From Acidobacteriota bacterium (GTDB lineage: Bacteria; Acidobacteriota; Terriglobia; UBA7540), in the NCBI GenBank assembly GCA_021827255.1, contig JAKAWO010000001.1, forward strand, positions 1 to 53,468: a stretch of DNA of 53,468 bases, in the 5' to 3' direction. Every line of letters begins with the position of its first letter. Position 1 is the stretch's first letter. The translations under genes and the position numbers were made by a program. Below, one piece after another: positions 43,103 through 52,796 of this stretch. The notes under the pieces are model-generated. The model was given only the letters and a program-made list of their open reading frames with translations. It did no database searches and was not told the origin of the DNA.

Positions 43103-44364
43103 CAGCTCGCCTTCTCGAAGAGAATGGGATCGAAAGTAATCTCGCGCTTCCGAACCATTTCCTCCGTCACCTTAAACTCCCGGGTTTTGCGCTGGCTGGG
43201 CAGATGGTACATCAGGTCCAGCATCAAATCTTCAAGAATCATCCGCAGCCCGCGCGCCCCGACCTTGCGCTCCAGCGCCTGCTCGGCGATGGCCAGCAGC
43301 GCTCCTTCGGAAAAGCTCAGTTTCACGTTCTCGTATTCAAACAATCGCTGGTATTGCCGCGCCAGCGCGTTCTTGGGCTCGGTCAGAATCTTGACCAGAG
43401 CCGCCGCGTCGAGATCGTGCAGCACCCCAACCACCGGCAGCCGGCCGACAAACTCCGGAATCAGCCCGTAGCGGATCAGATCCATCGGCTGCACCTGTTC
43501 CAGCAAGCCGATGTTCCGTTTGTCAGGGCTGACCGGCTCCGCGCCGGCTTCCGTGTGGAAACCCATCGCCCGTTTGCCCAGCCGTCGCTCGATGAGCTTT
43601 TCCAGGCCGACAAATGCGCCCCCGCAGATGAACAGGATGTCCGTCGTGTCCACCGGCGTGAATTCCTGGTGCGGATGCTTGCGGCCCCCTTGGGGCGGAA
43701 CGTTCGCCACCGTACCTTCCAGAATCTTCAACAAGGCCTGCTGAACGCCTTCTCCAGAAACATCCCGCGTGATGGACGGGTTTTCGTCCTTTTTCGAAAT
43801 CTTGTCGATCTCATCAATATAGATGATTCCCTGCTGGGCCCGCGGCACCTCGCCCTGCGCGTTCTGCAGCAGCTTCAGGATGATGTTCTCGACGTCCTCG
43901 CCCACGTAGCCGGCTTCGGTCAATGTGGTGGCGTCCACGATGGCGAACGGCACGTCCAACAATCGAGCCAGCGTCTGCGCCAGCAACGTCTTGCCGGTTC
44001 CCGTCGGTCCAATCAGCAGGATGTTGGACTTGGTCAGCTCCACTTCGCTCCGCACCCGCCCCAGCATAATCCGCTTGTAATGGTTATAGACGGCCACCGC
44101 CAGCTTCTTCTTGGTCTTTTCCTGCCCGATCACATACTCGTCCACAAAGCGCTTCACCTCGGCGGGGCGCGGCAGCTTGGACTGAGCCGCGGGCGTCGGA
44201 CCGGGCCGGTCTTCTTCCAGAATCGTGTTGCAAAGCGCCACGCACTCGTCGCAAATGTACGCCCGCGGATGTTCGCCCGGTGAAGAAATCAGTTTCCCCA
44301 CCGCTTCCTGGGCCTTCTGGCAGAAAGAGCAGCGGAGGACTTCGTCGGATGCAACCCGTTTCAC
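43102..44364 (-). CDS. clpX: ATP-dependent Clp protease ATP-binding subunit ClpX
   Basis: Zinc-binding CSFCQK...CDEC, Walker [25 protein letters not shown], and the IGF-like loop region. The stop overlaps the lon start by 1 nt. Confidence 0.96.
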   Translation of the reverse strand: MKRVASDEVLRCSFCQKAQEAVGKLISSPGEHPRAYICDECVALCNTILEEDRPGPTPAAQSKLPRPAEVKRFVDEYVIGQEKTKKKLAVAVYNHYKRIMLGRVRSEVELTKSNILLIGPTGTGKTLLAQTLARLLDVPFAIVDATTLTEAGYVGEDVENIILKLLQNAQGEVPRAQQGIIYIDEIDKISKKDENPSITRDVSGEGVQQALLKILEGTVANVPPQGGRKHPHQEFTPVDTTDILFICGGAFVGLEKLIERRLGKRAMGFHTEAGAEPVSPDKRNIGLLEQVQPMDLIRYGLIPEFVGRLPVVGVLHDLDAAALVKILTEPKNALARQYQRLFEYENVKLSFSEGALLAIAEQALERKVGARGLRMILEDLMLDLMYHLPSQRKTREFKVTEEMVRKREITFDPILFEKAS

Positions 44365-44379
44365 GGCCTCCCCCTCCGC

Positions 44380-44985
44380 TTATTTGTGTTTATAGATGAT
44401 TTCATCAACGATCCCGTATTCGCGCGCCTGCTGCGCGCTCATCCAGAAGTCCCGCTCCACGTCGCGCTCGATTTTTTCAACCGGCTGACCCGTGTGCTTG
44501 GCCATGATCTCGTTCAAACTGGCCCGGATGCGCAGGATTTCCCGCGCGTGGATGTCAATGTCGGTGGCCTGGCCGGAGAGTCCGCCCATAGTCGGCTGGT
44601 GAATCAACACTCGCGAGTTCGGCAGCGCGAACCGCTTGCCCGGCGTCCCGGCGGAGAGCAGTAGCGCCGCCACGCTGGCCGCCTGCCCGATGCAGATCGT
44701 GGCCACATCGGGCCGGATAAACTGGATCGTGTCATAAATCGCCATTCCCGCCGTCACCACCCCGCCCGGAGAATTGATATAGAGTGAAACATCCTTTTCG
44801 GGGTCCTCGGCCTCCAGAAACAGCAACTGTGCCGTCACCAAGTTGGCCACGTTGTCATCAATCGGCGTGCCGATAAAGATGATGTTGTCCCGCAGCAGGC
44901 GGGAATAAATATCGTAGGCTCGCTCGCCCCGGTTGGTCTGCTCGACCACCATCGGGATCAGTGTCATCCTCGGTCCGTCGGTCAT
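44380..44985 (-). CDS. clpP: ATP-dependent Clp protease proteolytic subunit
   Basis: [36 protein letters not shown] (Ser) and LIHQP (His). Confidence 0.96.
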   Translation of the reverse strand: MTDGPRMTLIPMVVEQTNRGERAYDIYSRLLRDNIIFIGTPIDDNVANLVTAQLLFLEAEDPEKDVSLYINSPGGVVTAGMAIYDTIQFIRPDVATICIGQAASVAALLLSAGTPGKRFALPNSRVLIHQPTMGGLSGQATDIDIHAREILRIRASLNEIMAKHTGQPVEKIERDVERDFWMSAQQAREYGIVDEIIYKHK

Positions 44986-45000
44986 GAGTCTTACCCAAAA

Positions 45001-46311
45001 TCACCCCTCGGCTGGAGCTTGGGGCGTTGGCGCTTTCCGCTGGAGGCTGGCGTTCTGGTAAATCCACTCAAGGGCTTTCTGCGCGCGGCGAGTAGATTTC
45101 AGTCTATCAAGCCCCCCCTCGCGTGTCAAGCGGGTTTTCATCGCGGCGGGCGGCTCCCGGCCATCCGCCGCCAGGTCGCGGATCAATTCATCCAGTTCCT
45201 CTTCCGAGACGGCAATCTTCTCGGACTCTGCGATCTTTTCCAAAATCAGCCCCGCGCGAGCCTCCCGATCAGCGTCGCCGCGCGAGTCTTCCCGCATCTT
45301 CTGCCAGTCCACGCCCAGCGTCCGAGGGTCTAGGCCCTGGCTCAGAAGTTGCCCCGCCACCTTTTCCATCTTATCGTCCAGCTTCGCCTCCACCAAAACC
45401 CGAGGCACCGGGAAGGGGTGTGCGTCAATCAGCTTGTCGAGCAGCTTCCGTTTGGCTTGGGCTTCCGATTGCCGTTGTTTCCGCTCGACCAAGTTCTCTC
45501 GCAGCTTCGCCTTCAGTTCCTCCAGGGTCCGAAACTCGCTCACCGATTTGGCTAGCTCGTCATCGGCTGGCGGCACCGTTTTCTTTTTTACGCTGACCAC
45601 CTCGACAGCGTAATGAACCGTTCGCCCCGCCAGCGACTTTTGGGGATAATCCTCCGGATAGGCCGCATCGAACTCTCGCCTTTCGCCGGCCTTCACGCCA
45701 CGCAGGTTTTCGGTAAAAGCTGGAACCGTTCTTTCACCTCCCAAGCGGATCGTCGCCTCGCGCAACTCTACCGGCGCCGCGCCCTGATCCTCCAGCCCTG
45801 CCGGCTCTGGCAGGGCGCGATAATTGACCAGTACTTCATCGCCGTCCTCGGCTGCCCGGCTCTCGATCGGCTCAAAAACGGCCGCTTGTTCGCGGAGATC
45901 CTCGACCGACCTCTCGAGATCCTCCTCGGTCACCGTCGCCGACTCTTCCTCAACCTCCAGCCCTTTGTAGTTTCCCAGCTCGAACTCAGGCACAATCTCA
46001 AACGTCGCCTTGAAGGTCAGCGGCTCGTCGTCCTCGTATTTCAACTCTCCAAACCGCGGCCGCCCCACCACGGCCATCTTCTGCCCCTTCACCGTGTCCT
46101 CAAAATACTTCGGCACCAGCGATTGCAGAATCTCATCGCGGATGTTTTCTCGGAAATGCCTTCGCACCAACGACGCCGGAGCCTTGCCGCGCCGGAAGCC
46201 GCGAATCCGCGCCACGCGGCGGTACTGGTCAGTCACAGTCTCCGCTTCCCGGCGCACCACGTCGGCGGGAATTTCGATAACAAGTTCTCGCTGGCAAGTT
46301 TCAGCGTCCAC
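45001..46311 (-). CDS. tig: Trigger factor
   Basis: N-terminal ribosome-binding signature GFRRGKAP, a central PPIase-like region and a C-terminal helical arm. It sits in the conserved position upstream of clpP-clpX. Confidence 0.93.
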   Translation of the reverse strand: MDAETCQRELVIEIPADVVRREAETVTDQYRRVARIRGFRRGKAPASLVRRHFRENIRDEILQSLVPKYFEDTVKGQKMAVVGRPRFGELKYEDDEPLTFKATFEIVPEFELGNYKGLEVEEESATVTEEDLERSVEDLREQAAVFEPIESRAAEDGDEVLVNYRALPEPAGLEDQGAAPVELREATIRLGGERTVPAFTENLRGVKAGERREFDAAYPEDYPQKSLAGRTVHYAVEVVSVKKKTVPPADDELAKSVSEFRTLEELKAKLRENLVERKQRQSEAQAKRKLLDKLIDAHPFPVPRVLVEAKLDDKMEKVAGQLLSQGLDPRTLGVDWQKMREDSRGDADREARAGLILEKIAESEKIAVSEEELDELIRDLAADGREPPAAMKTRLTREGGLDRLKSTRRAQKALEWIYQNASLQRKAPTPQAPAEG

Positions 46312-46472
46312 AGCGCCCCGCGTTCATCTCTGAAAACCAAATCGAAGGGTGAGTTACCTCGTGCCAGAGGCCCGACGAGCAGTCCAACAAAGGTGAGCGC
46401 CAATCCCGAAAGCCCCGAATCCCCTCGCAGACAACACCCGCTCTTCTCCGCACCGCAAGGATTCCTACTGGC

Positions 46473-46500
46473 AGTATAGCACACGCGATGCGGGTGTCAA
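46473..46500 (-). promoter_or_regulatory. Strong sigma-70-type promoter (TTGACA-N16-TGcTATACT) for tig-clpP-clpX-lon
   Basis: On the minus strand, TTGACA lies at 46500-46495. The extended -10 TG is followed by TATACT at 46478-46473. The -35 overlaps the stop codon of the upstream S41 peptidase gene. Confidence 0.55.
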
Positions 46501-48152
46501 CGACGGTGAATGACCCGTTGCAGGTTGGTGGTATTAGCGCATGAAATGTCCGCGCGGCGCGCACACACCGCCGCTCTTTGCGATCTGTGGGCGGTGAAGC
46601 CAAGGTCAGCGGATGGGGCGTTCGGGCCGCTGAGAATCGCTCCGACGCGAGGAAACAGCGCCAGAGCTTTCCCCACCTGCGGGTCGCCGCGCATCTCGGC
46701 TTCGTTCCCGGCCTTAAGGCCGAAAACCAGATTGAGCAGCGCGACACGAATTCTGAGCTTCAACAGCGACTGGTCAGCGCCCCAATATTCTTCCGGCGTG
46801 CGGATATTATTCCGGCGCAGATACTGCCTGAAGTCCTCGAGCACCTTCGCGCCAGGCTCGAAGGACCGACGGATCCGCTCGTGCAGGGTTAAATAATTGG
46901 ACGCGAAGCTCGTAAAATTTCCTCCTGCGCTGAGGAAACTCATCCAAGGGTCGAGCGCCACGTCCGGAATAGGGACGTCCGGCGTGATGCCTCCGCCCCC
47001 GGTGAGCGGCCGTCCGTCGTCGGTGTGAAATTGGGTTGGCTCACCGAGTCCCAACTTCCCCGCCTCGAGAGCCGTTCCCGGTAGCGGTCGCTGAATGGAT
47101 CGCCCGCTGGGCGTGAAGTACTGCGCCGTCACAAGAGCCATCCCCGTTTTGTCCGGCAACGGAAAGATGGATTGCACGAGTCCCTTTCCAAACGTCGGCT
47201 CGCCGGCAATGACGGCCCGGTCGTGTTCTTCGAGCGCCGCTGTCAGCACTTCCGCCGCGCTGGCGGTCCCGCCGTTGACCAGCACAACCATCGGAAACGT
47301 GTACTCGGCGGGCGCCGGGAGACTTCGGTAGGTCTTCTCTTTCACCGCTCGGCCCCGCACGGTCAGAACTACCTGGCCAGGTTTCAGGAAGAGGCTGGCC
47401 ACGCGAATGGCGGATTCCACCAAGCCGCCGTGATTGTCGCGCAAGTCGAGCAGCAGGCCCTTCAGGTTTGCGCCGCCCAACTGCTGGATGGCGTTATAAA
47501 CCTCCTCGGGCGTGTTCCCTTCAAAGCCGGAGATGTGGACATAACCGATGTTCGCCCTGGCAAACTTGAACGAGAGGTCCACGGTGGGCAATGCCACCTC
47601 CGCCGGCCGGAGTTCAAAATCCTGCGCCACGTAATGGCCGGGGTGAATCACGCCCAGCCGCACGGGATGCGACCGCGCCCGGCGCAGCAATTGGACGAGC
47701 GAGGGGAAACTGAGACTGTCCACTCTTTGGCCGTTGACTTCAACGATTCGATCGCCCGGACCCAGCCCGGCCCGCCAGGAAGGAGAGCCGCGAGCCGTCT
47801 CCAGCACCAGAACCTTGCCCGGCGTGACGTAAAGGATCGAGCCGAAGCCCAGCGCCTCGCCGCGCGCCTGCTGTTGTAACATCGTGAATTGCTGCCGGTC
47901 GAAGAAAGCGGAAAAAGGGTCGAGTGTCTCCAGCATTCCGCGGATGCCGCCGTCAAAGATGATAGGGTCGGGATTGAGGCGATCGGAGACGTGCTCTTCG
48001 ACCAGCGCGTAAACCCTCGCAAATTTGAGGCCCGCTTCGGTCACGGGATCGGAAGGCGCGCCGCCCTGGCCGGGTGAGATGGCGGGGGTCACTGACAGGC
48101 AGGCTGTCATCCAGAGAATCTGCAAGCGAGAAAAATGCTGCCTCACTCTCAT
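46497..48152 (-). CDS. S41-family C-terminal processing peptidase with a PDZ domain
   Basis: PDZ segment GLGPGDRIVEVNGQRV, the S41 catalytic region LVNGGTASAAEVLTAAL, and FGKGLVQS. Confidence 0.87.
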   Translation of the reverse strand: MRVRQHFSRLQILWMTACLSVTPAISPGQGGAPSDPVTEAGLKFARVYALVEEHVSDRLNPDPIIFDGGIRGMLETLDPFSAFFDRQQFTMLQQQARGEALGFGSILYVTPGKVLVLETARGSPSWRAGLGPGDRIVEVNGQRVDSLSFPSLVQLLRRARSHPVRLGVIHPGHYVAQDFELRPAEVALPTVDLSFKFARANIGYVHISGFEGNTPEEVYNAIQQLGGANLKGLLLDLRDNHGGLVESAIRVASLFLKPGQVVLTVRGRAVKEKTYRSLPAPAEYTFPMVVLVNGGTASAAEVLTAALEEHDRAVIAGEPTFGKGLVQSIFPLPDKTGMALVTAQYFTPSGRSIQRPLPGTALEAGKLGLGEPTQFHTDDGRPLTGGGGITPDVPIPDVALDPWMSFLSAGGNFTSFASNYLTLHERIRRSFEPGAKVLEDFRQYLRRNNIRTPEEYWGADQSLLKLRIRVALLNLVFGLKAGNEAEMRGDPQVGKALALFPRVGAILSGPNAPSADLGFTAHRSQRAAVCARRADISCANTTNLQRVIHRR

Positions 48153-48380
48153 CGCGCCAGGCTTCAGTATAACGTAGATGCAAAATCCCCGAGTAAGGCC
48201 GGATGGCCGGCGCTTGAGCTCGGCAGGGTGTGAGGGCCGCGCCGTGCCGCGCCGAGCCCCGCCCCGGCTGCCTCACTTCGCTGATCCCTCGACGCCAGTT
48301 GTGGTAATGTTTTGGGTTTGAGACTTTGCGTTTCTTTGATCGGGCGCGCTTCAGCTCCGGCCCGCTCGAAGGGGGCGGCG

Positions 48381-49385
48381 GTGAACCTCCAAGACGTTGC
48401 CAAGAAAGCTCGCGTCTCCATTGCCACCGTGTCACGCGTCCTGAACAACGCGGGGCCGGTCAAGAATTCCACGCGCGCCCGGGTGCTGAAGATAGTCGAG
48501 GAGCTCAAATACCATCCCAATCTCTACGCGCGCACGCTGGCCGGGGGCAAAAGCCGAACCTTGGGCGTGATCGTTTCCAACCTTGAAAATCCGTTTTTCC
48601 TCGACATTTTCCGAGCCATCGAGTCCGACGCTCACCAGCACGGCTACGAGGTGTTGGTGGCGAACACCGACTACTGTGCCCGACAACTGGTCTCGGACGT
48701 TCACTTGATGATGGGGCGGCGCGTGACCGGTCTTGCCGCCATTGTTTCGGAGATGGAGCCGGCCCTGATGAAGGAGCTCAGCGAGGCCAATCTGCCGGTG
48801 GTCTTCTACGACGTGGGGACGGCGGGCCGAAACATCTCCAACATCAAGGTGAACTATCCCAAGGGGATTCAGAAAACGGTCGAGTACCTTCACTCACTCG
48901 GCCACCGGCGAATGGGTTTTGTCGGGCACCATACGGAACTCGATCCTCTTCTCGACCGGAAGAAGTCCTTCATCGAGGCCATGAAGCGCTGCTCCGGCCA
49001 TGTCGAGTACGGCACCGCAGCCGATCGGGATGGCCCGGCTGGCGGGCAGCAGGCCACGCGGCAACTTTTGGAGACTGGCCTCCGACCCACCGCCATCATC
49101 GCGGTGAATGATTTCATGGCTCTCGGAGTGCTCAGAGAGCTTCGTGAAAATAATCTGCGGGTTCCGCAGGATGTTTCCGTCACCGGCTACGACAACATCC
49201 GCCTTTCGGAGTTCGCCGTCCCGCCGCTCACCACCGTCAACATCCCCCGCGCTGAAATCGGCCACCTGGCCTTCAACGCTCTCGTCCCGGAGGGCGATGA
49301 CGTCCATGCTCAGGGCCGGGAGTTCCGCATCACTCCGGAGCTGGTAATCCGCGAATCCACCGCTCCCCCGCGAAGCTCGACGTAA
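48381..49385 (+). CDS. LacI-family transcriptional regulator
   Basis: HTH VNLQDVAKKARVSIATVSRVLNN followed by a periplasmic-binding-protein-like sugar-binding fold (AIIAVNDFMALGVLRELRENNLRVPQDVSVTGYDN). GTG start at 48381 after GAAGGGGG. Confidence 0.87.
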   Translation: MNLQDVAKKARVSIATVSRVLNNAGPVKNSTRARVLKIVEELKYHPNLYARTLAGGKSRTLGVIVSNLENPFFLDIFRAIESDAHQHGYEVLVANTDYCARQLVSDVHLMMGRRVTGLAAIVSEMEPALMKELSEANLPVVFYDVGTAGRNISNIKVNYPKGIQKTVEYLHSLGHRRMGFVGHHTELDPLLDRKKSFIEAMKRCSGHVEYGTAADRDGPAGGQQATRQLLETGLRPTAIIAVNDFMALGVLRELRENNLRVPQDVSVTGYDNIRLSEFAVPPLTTVNIPRAEIGHLAFNALVPEGDDVHAQGREFRITPELVIRESTAPPRSST

Positions 49386-49440
49386 AGCTTTCATCCGCGC
49401 AGCATCGCGCTCCGAGCGTCCCGCGCTGCCCTTATGCAGA

Positions 49441-49470
49441 AAGGCCCCGGAGCGTCCGCTCCGGGGCCTT
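49441..49470. terminator. Perfect 13-bp hairpin between the convergent LacI and OmpA-like genes; candidate bidirectional terminator
   Basis: AAGGCCCCGGAGC-GTCC-GCTCCGGGGCCTT. The flanking T/A tracts are short on both strands. Confidence 0.55.
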
Positions 49471-49503
49471 TCATCTGCGCGATGAGTTTGGCCTTGAAAG
49501 GCC

Positions 49504-51240
49504 TTACTCGTTATTCTTGATAACTCGCAGCGATGGCATCGGTCGCTCCCAGAGGATGTGCGCGTCCGCGGCATCGTGCGGGAAGTAAGGCGTCGAGCGT
49601 TTGTTGTCGGGCATGAGCACCACGTCCACGCGACGGTTGTTGGCCAAAACGTCGTCGTACCAGAAACGCATCTTCGCTGGCGCCTGGGGATTCTTGGCTT
49701 CCAAGGCTTTGACGTCGTCCAAGCTGAGCTCCTTGGTCTTCCCGTAAGCCTTGACGGTGATCGCGTCGGCCGGAACGCCTTGCGAGACCAAGTAGCTCTT
49801 CACGGCCTCGCCGCGGCGCTCGGAGAGAATCTGGTTGTAATGGAGCGGACCACGAACGTCCGCGTGAGCTTCCAGGATCAAGCTCGCGTTCGGGTTGTCA
49901 TTGTGATAGGCGATAAAGGTCGAGGCCAGCTTGTTGAGAGCATCCCTTTGGCTATTGAGCAATCCGTCATGCGGATGGGCTGGCGAAGGCCAGTTGGTGG
50001 GGAAGAAGATGCTGCTGAGGGCGACCTCATGGTGAGCTGCCTCGATCAGGCCCGTGATGTGGACGGTAGCGGTTTCGGTTGCCGAGCCGCCGCAAGCATT
50101 CGACGCCGTCAGGGTGTAAGTATCCGTTTCATCAACTGGCCCTGGGGTCGTCTGCTTGGGGGTGGGGGTAATGGTTCGGCTCCCGCTTGTCTCCACCGTC
50201 CCGATCGGGTCAATGCTGACCGTCTGGGCATTGGAGGTGGACCAAGTGAGTGTGGCTGAACCTTGCTCGACGACCTTGCTGCCGACCTTGTGGTATCGGA
50301 CTTCGCTCGGCTCGATGGTTATGGACGCCTGGATAGCCTTATCCACACTCACCGTGGAGCTGGACTTTACCACGCCGCCCGGTCCTGAAGCCGTGAAGTC
50401 GTAGGTCGTCGTCTCTTTCGGCGAAACCGACTGACTGCCCGAGGGCGCTACTTTGCCCACCTCGCTGATCTCAGTCGCCACCGCATCGCTCGATGACCAA
50501 GTTAGCTGGCTCGATCCTCCGCACTTGATGCTCGTAGGGTTGGCAGAAAATTCCCCCTTGACCGGAGCCACAGCGACAGTGGCGCTGGCACGGCCTGCCT
50601 TGAAGCGCGGCAAGGAGGTGACCTTCTTGCCTTCCGGCCAAGCCTGAGTCGTGGTAGAGCCGTTTTGGTTCACATGCACGATCGTCATTTCGTTCGGATG
50701 CACCGTCACGTCGCCGGACCAGATCGTCTGTCCCCACCACGTGATGGTCATGTGCTGAGTGCCGGGAGGCATGACGAGTTGCTCCTTGCCCGTCAAAAAC
50801 TCGTGGTCGAATTCATCCACATGCCCCACAAAATAGGCCGGCGTGCTCCCGTTCATCAGCACGGCAGCGTGGGGCGGAGCCCCCTTGATCTCGATCGCGC
50901 CCCAAGGAGGCGAAACGGGACCACCTTGGCGCTGCAGGTCAACCTTCAGGTTCGTTACCTTGCCGGCCCGCAGGTCAACCTTTTGAGTCGAAGTCTTATA
51001 ACCGTAATTGTGGACGGATACCGTGTGTTCACCAGGGGAAAGCCAAATCGTGCAAAGATGGGCCATGGTGCAGTTCCCTTCTTTCAGAGCTGCGCCATCT
51101 ACGAAGACGTAAGCTTGCGACGGACTAACTTGGATCCTCAGTTTCCCACGGGCACCCCGAGAATAGGCCGGAGGAACTGTGCCGAGCAGGAGCAGGGTCG
51201 CGAGTCCGACAAGGAGCAATGAGCTGCGTCGCGAATTCAT
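49504..51240 (-). CDS. Secreted PEGA / tandem Ig-like repeat / OmpA-C-like peptidoglycan-binding protein
   Basis: ATG 51240 follows GGGAGG; signal peptide MNSRRSSLLLVGLATLLLLGTVPPAYS. A PEGA-like module is present (LRIQVSPSQAYVFVDGAAL...GEHTVSVHNYGYKT). Two related repeats share LTWS[ST]S[DN]A...TTY.[FL]TAS. The C-terminal OmpA-like domain reads ILEAHADVRGPLHYNQILSERRGEAVKSYLVSQGV. Confidence 0.8.
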   Translation of the reverse strand: MNSRRSSLLLVGLATLLLLGTVPPAYSRGARGKLRIQVSPSQAYVFVDGAALKEGNCTMAHLCTIWLSPGEHTVSVHNYGYKTSTQKVDLRAGKVTNLKVDLQRQGGPVSPPWGAIEIKGAPPHAAVLMNGSTPAYFVGHVDEFDHEFLTGKEQLVMPPGTQHMTITWWGQTIWSGDVTVHPNEMTIVHVNQNGSTTTQAWPEGKKVTSLPRFKAGRASATVAVAPVKGEFSANPTSIKCGGSSQLTWSSSDAVATEISEVGKVAPSGSQSVSPKETTTYDFTASGPGGVVKSSSTVSVDKAIQASITIEPSEVRYHKVGSKVVEQGSATLTWSTSNAQTVSIDPIGTVETSGSRTITPTPKQTTPGPVDETDTYTLTASNACGGSATETATVHITGLIEAAHHEVALSSIFFPTNWPSPAHPHDGLLNSQRDALNKLASTFIAYHNDNPNASLILEAHADVRGPLHYNQILSERRGEAVKSYLVSQGVPADAITVKAYGKTKELSLDDVKALEAKNPQAPAKMRFWYDDVLANNRRVDVVLMPDNKRSTPYFPHDAADAHILWERPMPSLRVIKNNE

Positions 51241-51430
51241 TCGATGTACCTCCCTCAATCTTTCTTCACTGGTGCTTAAGGACAAAACGAGCTTAGCATT
51301 GACCCAGGGGAAAAAACACCAACTTCCAAGGTGGTAGCTTAGCAAGACGCTCGCCATATGTCAATGAGATTAACGCGCAATAAATACAAGCGATAGTCAT
51401 AGGAAGGCATCTCGCAGCCCTGTGAATTTT

Positions 51431-51775
51431 TTACACGCCTCGCCGAGGTTTTGCCACCGCGGCCCTCGCCCATGCATGCTCTGCGAACATGCAGTTCGAC
51501 GATGTTCCGCGAGCGCACAGGAGCAGTTTGCCGGAGAGGAGTTTAACGAAACGCTCAGCAAATTCAGTGCTCACAATGCTTCGTCGAATTTCCAGGATGG
51601 TGAATTCGAGCCCGGCTTTGGATTCTCTTGGCTTTCGTGCCGTTCTCCCGCAGTAATTACGTGAGCTGCATAGCCTGTCGGCGTTGCCGTCGTGCATCGT
51701 CTCCAACTGCTTCCTTCCAACCCCGCAGTCATGGATGTAAACTTCGAATCCGGCGGCAGGCGCATCCGCAGGCAT
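51431..51775 (-). CDS. Orphan ORF in a lower-GC patch; possibly non-coding or a decayed gene fragment
   Basis: 114-aa ORF that I cannot assign to a family. A stretch STEFAERFVKLLSGKLL faintly recalls the ...NG.VERFNRTLKEE... block of rve-type integrase cores, but the match is too weak to call. Confidence 0.2.
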   Translation of the reverse strand: MPADAPAAGFEVYIHDCGVGRKQLETMHDGNADRLCSSRNYCGRTARKPRESKAGLEFTILEIRRSIVSTEFAERFVKLLSGKLLLCARGTSSNCMFAEHAWARAAVAKPRRGV

Positions 51776-51908
51776 CGCAATTCAGAGCGAACCGGAACCG
51801 TGACAGCGAAAAATGCGATAATAGTTTGTTTCGTTCAGAATGATGGTTGACACGACCGCCATGTGACAGTACGATTACCGGAGAATTAATAGTTGCCTAG
51901 GAACCACT

Positions 51909-52223
51909 ATGGAGGCTCTTACAACCACTTACGCCACGCAGCGCCGCTGGCCTCGGGCAAGGGCAAACGTTCCCGTCAGGCTCGCCCTCGAATACCGCGG
52001 ACAGACAATCTTGCGCGACTCAACCGTGTTGGACCTTTCGAATCGAGGTATCCGTGTTCTCGCCGGCCCGGAGTTTACGCCGGGGCTGATTGTGCGGGTG
52101 ATTCCCAACGAAGGGGCGGACTTCGCGGAAAAGGCGCGCGTCGTTTGGATTGGCCCCGCGGCCTCCTCATCTGAACGGCAAGCAGGGCTGGAGTTTTTAG
52201 ACCCTCACCCCAAGCCGGCTTAG
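51909..52223 (+). CDS. PilZ domain protein (predicted c-di-GMP receptor)
   Basis: QRRWPRA (RxxxR motif) and DLSNRGIRV (D/NxSxxG motif) with the correct spacing. The C-terminal GLEFLD is typical of PilZ. Confidence 0.75.
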   Translation: MEALTTTYATQRRWPRARANVPVRLALEYRGQTILRDSTVLDLSNRGIRVLAGPEFTPGLIVRVIPNEGADFAEKARVVWIGPAASSSERQAGLEFLDPHPKPA

Positions 52224-52339
52224 CTTTGCCGCCTGGCAAGCCGCCAGCAGGATTCTCCGCTCAGGAGATTGAAACCCCAGCCAGCCTGCGAGAGTCTTGT
52301 GTAGTATCATCGCTTGTCTCTAGTTCAGAAGGAGCGGTG

Positions 52340-52738
52340 ATGGCCGAAAAGGTGACGAAGAGCGAGAAGGAATGGAAGGCCGCGCTCACGCCGGAACAAT
52401 TTCAAGTGACCCGCCAAAAAGGGACGGAACCTCCATTCACCGGCCGCTATTGGGACCAGCATGACCGCGGCGTTTACCGCTGCGTCTGCTGCGGCAGCGA
52501 GCTTTTCAGTTCCGAAGCCAAATTCGATTCGGGAACAGGCTGGCCGAGCTTTTGGGCGCCGCTCCACTCCGACCGTATTTCGGTCGAAACCGACCTGAGC
52601 CACATGATGGAACGCGCCGAAGTGCTTTGCGCCCACTGCGACGCTCACTTGGGCCATCTTTTTCCGGACGGCCCCAGGCCAACCGGAATTCGGTACTGCA
52701 TCAACTCGGCGGCATTAAAGTTCGATCCCGCCGAATAG
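52340..52738 (+). CDS. msrB: Peptide-methionine (R)-S-oxide reductase
   Basis: [39 protein letters not shown] and RYCINSAAL. Two CxxC zinc pairs and the catalytic Cys are present. ATG 52340 follows AAGGAG. Confidence 0.94.
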   Translation: MAEKVTKSEKEWKAALTPEQFQVTRQKGTEPPFTGRYWDQHDRGVYRCVCCGSELFSSEAKFDSGTGWPSFWAPLHSDRISVETDLSHMMERAEVLCAHCDAHLGHLFPDGPRPTGIRYCINSAALKFDPAE

Positions 52739-52796
52739 TCGGTCTTCCAGAGGGACAGCAAAACCCGAAACGCTCATCCGTTGTGTATCCGAATTC

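Noticed and set aside
41876-43471. 531-aa ORF on the plus strand
   Set aside because: It is antisense to lon and clpX, which are unambiguous. The same reasoning applies to 15959..16999, 17524..18519, 19170..20210, 22758..23675, 28225..28851, 39511..40269, 43204..44283, 45613..46479, 47172..47879, 48894..49574 and 49558..50259.
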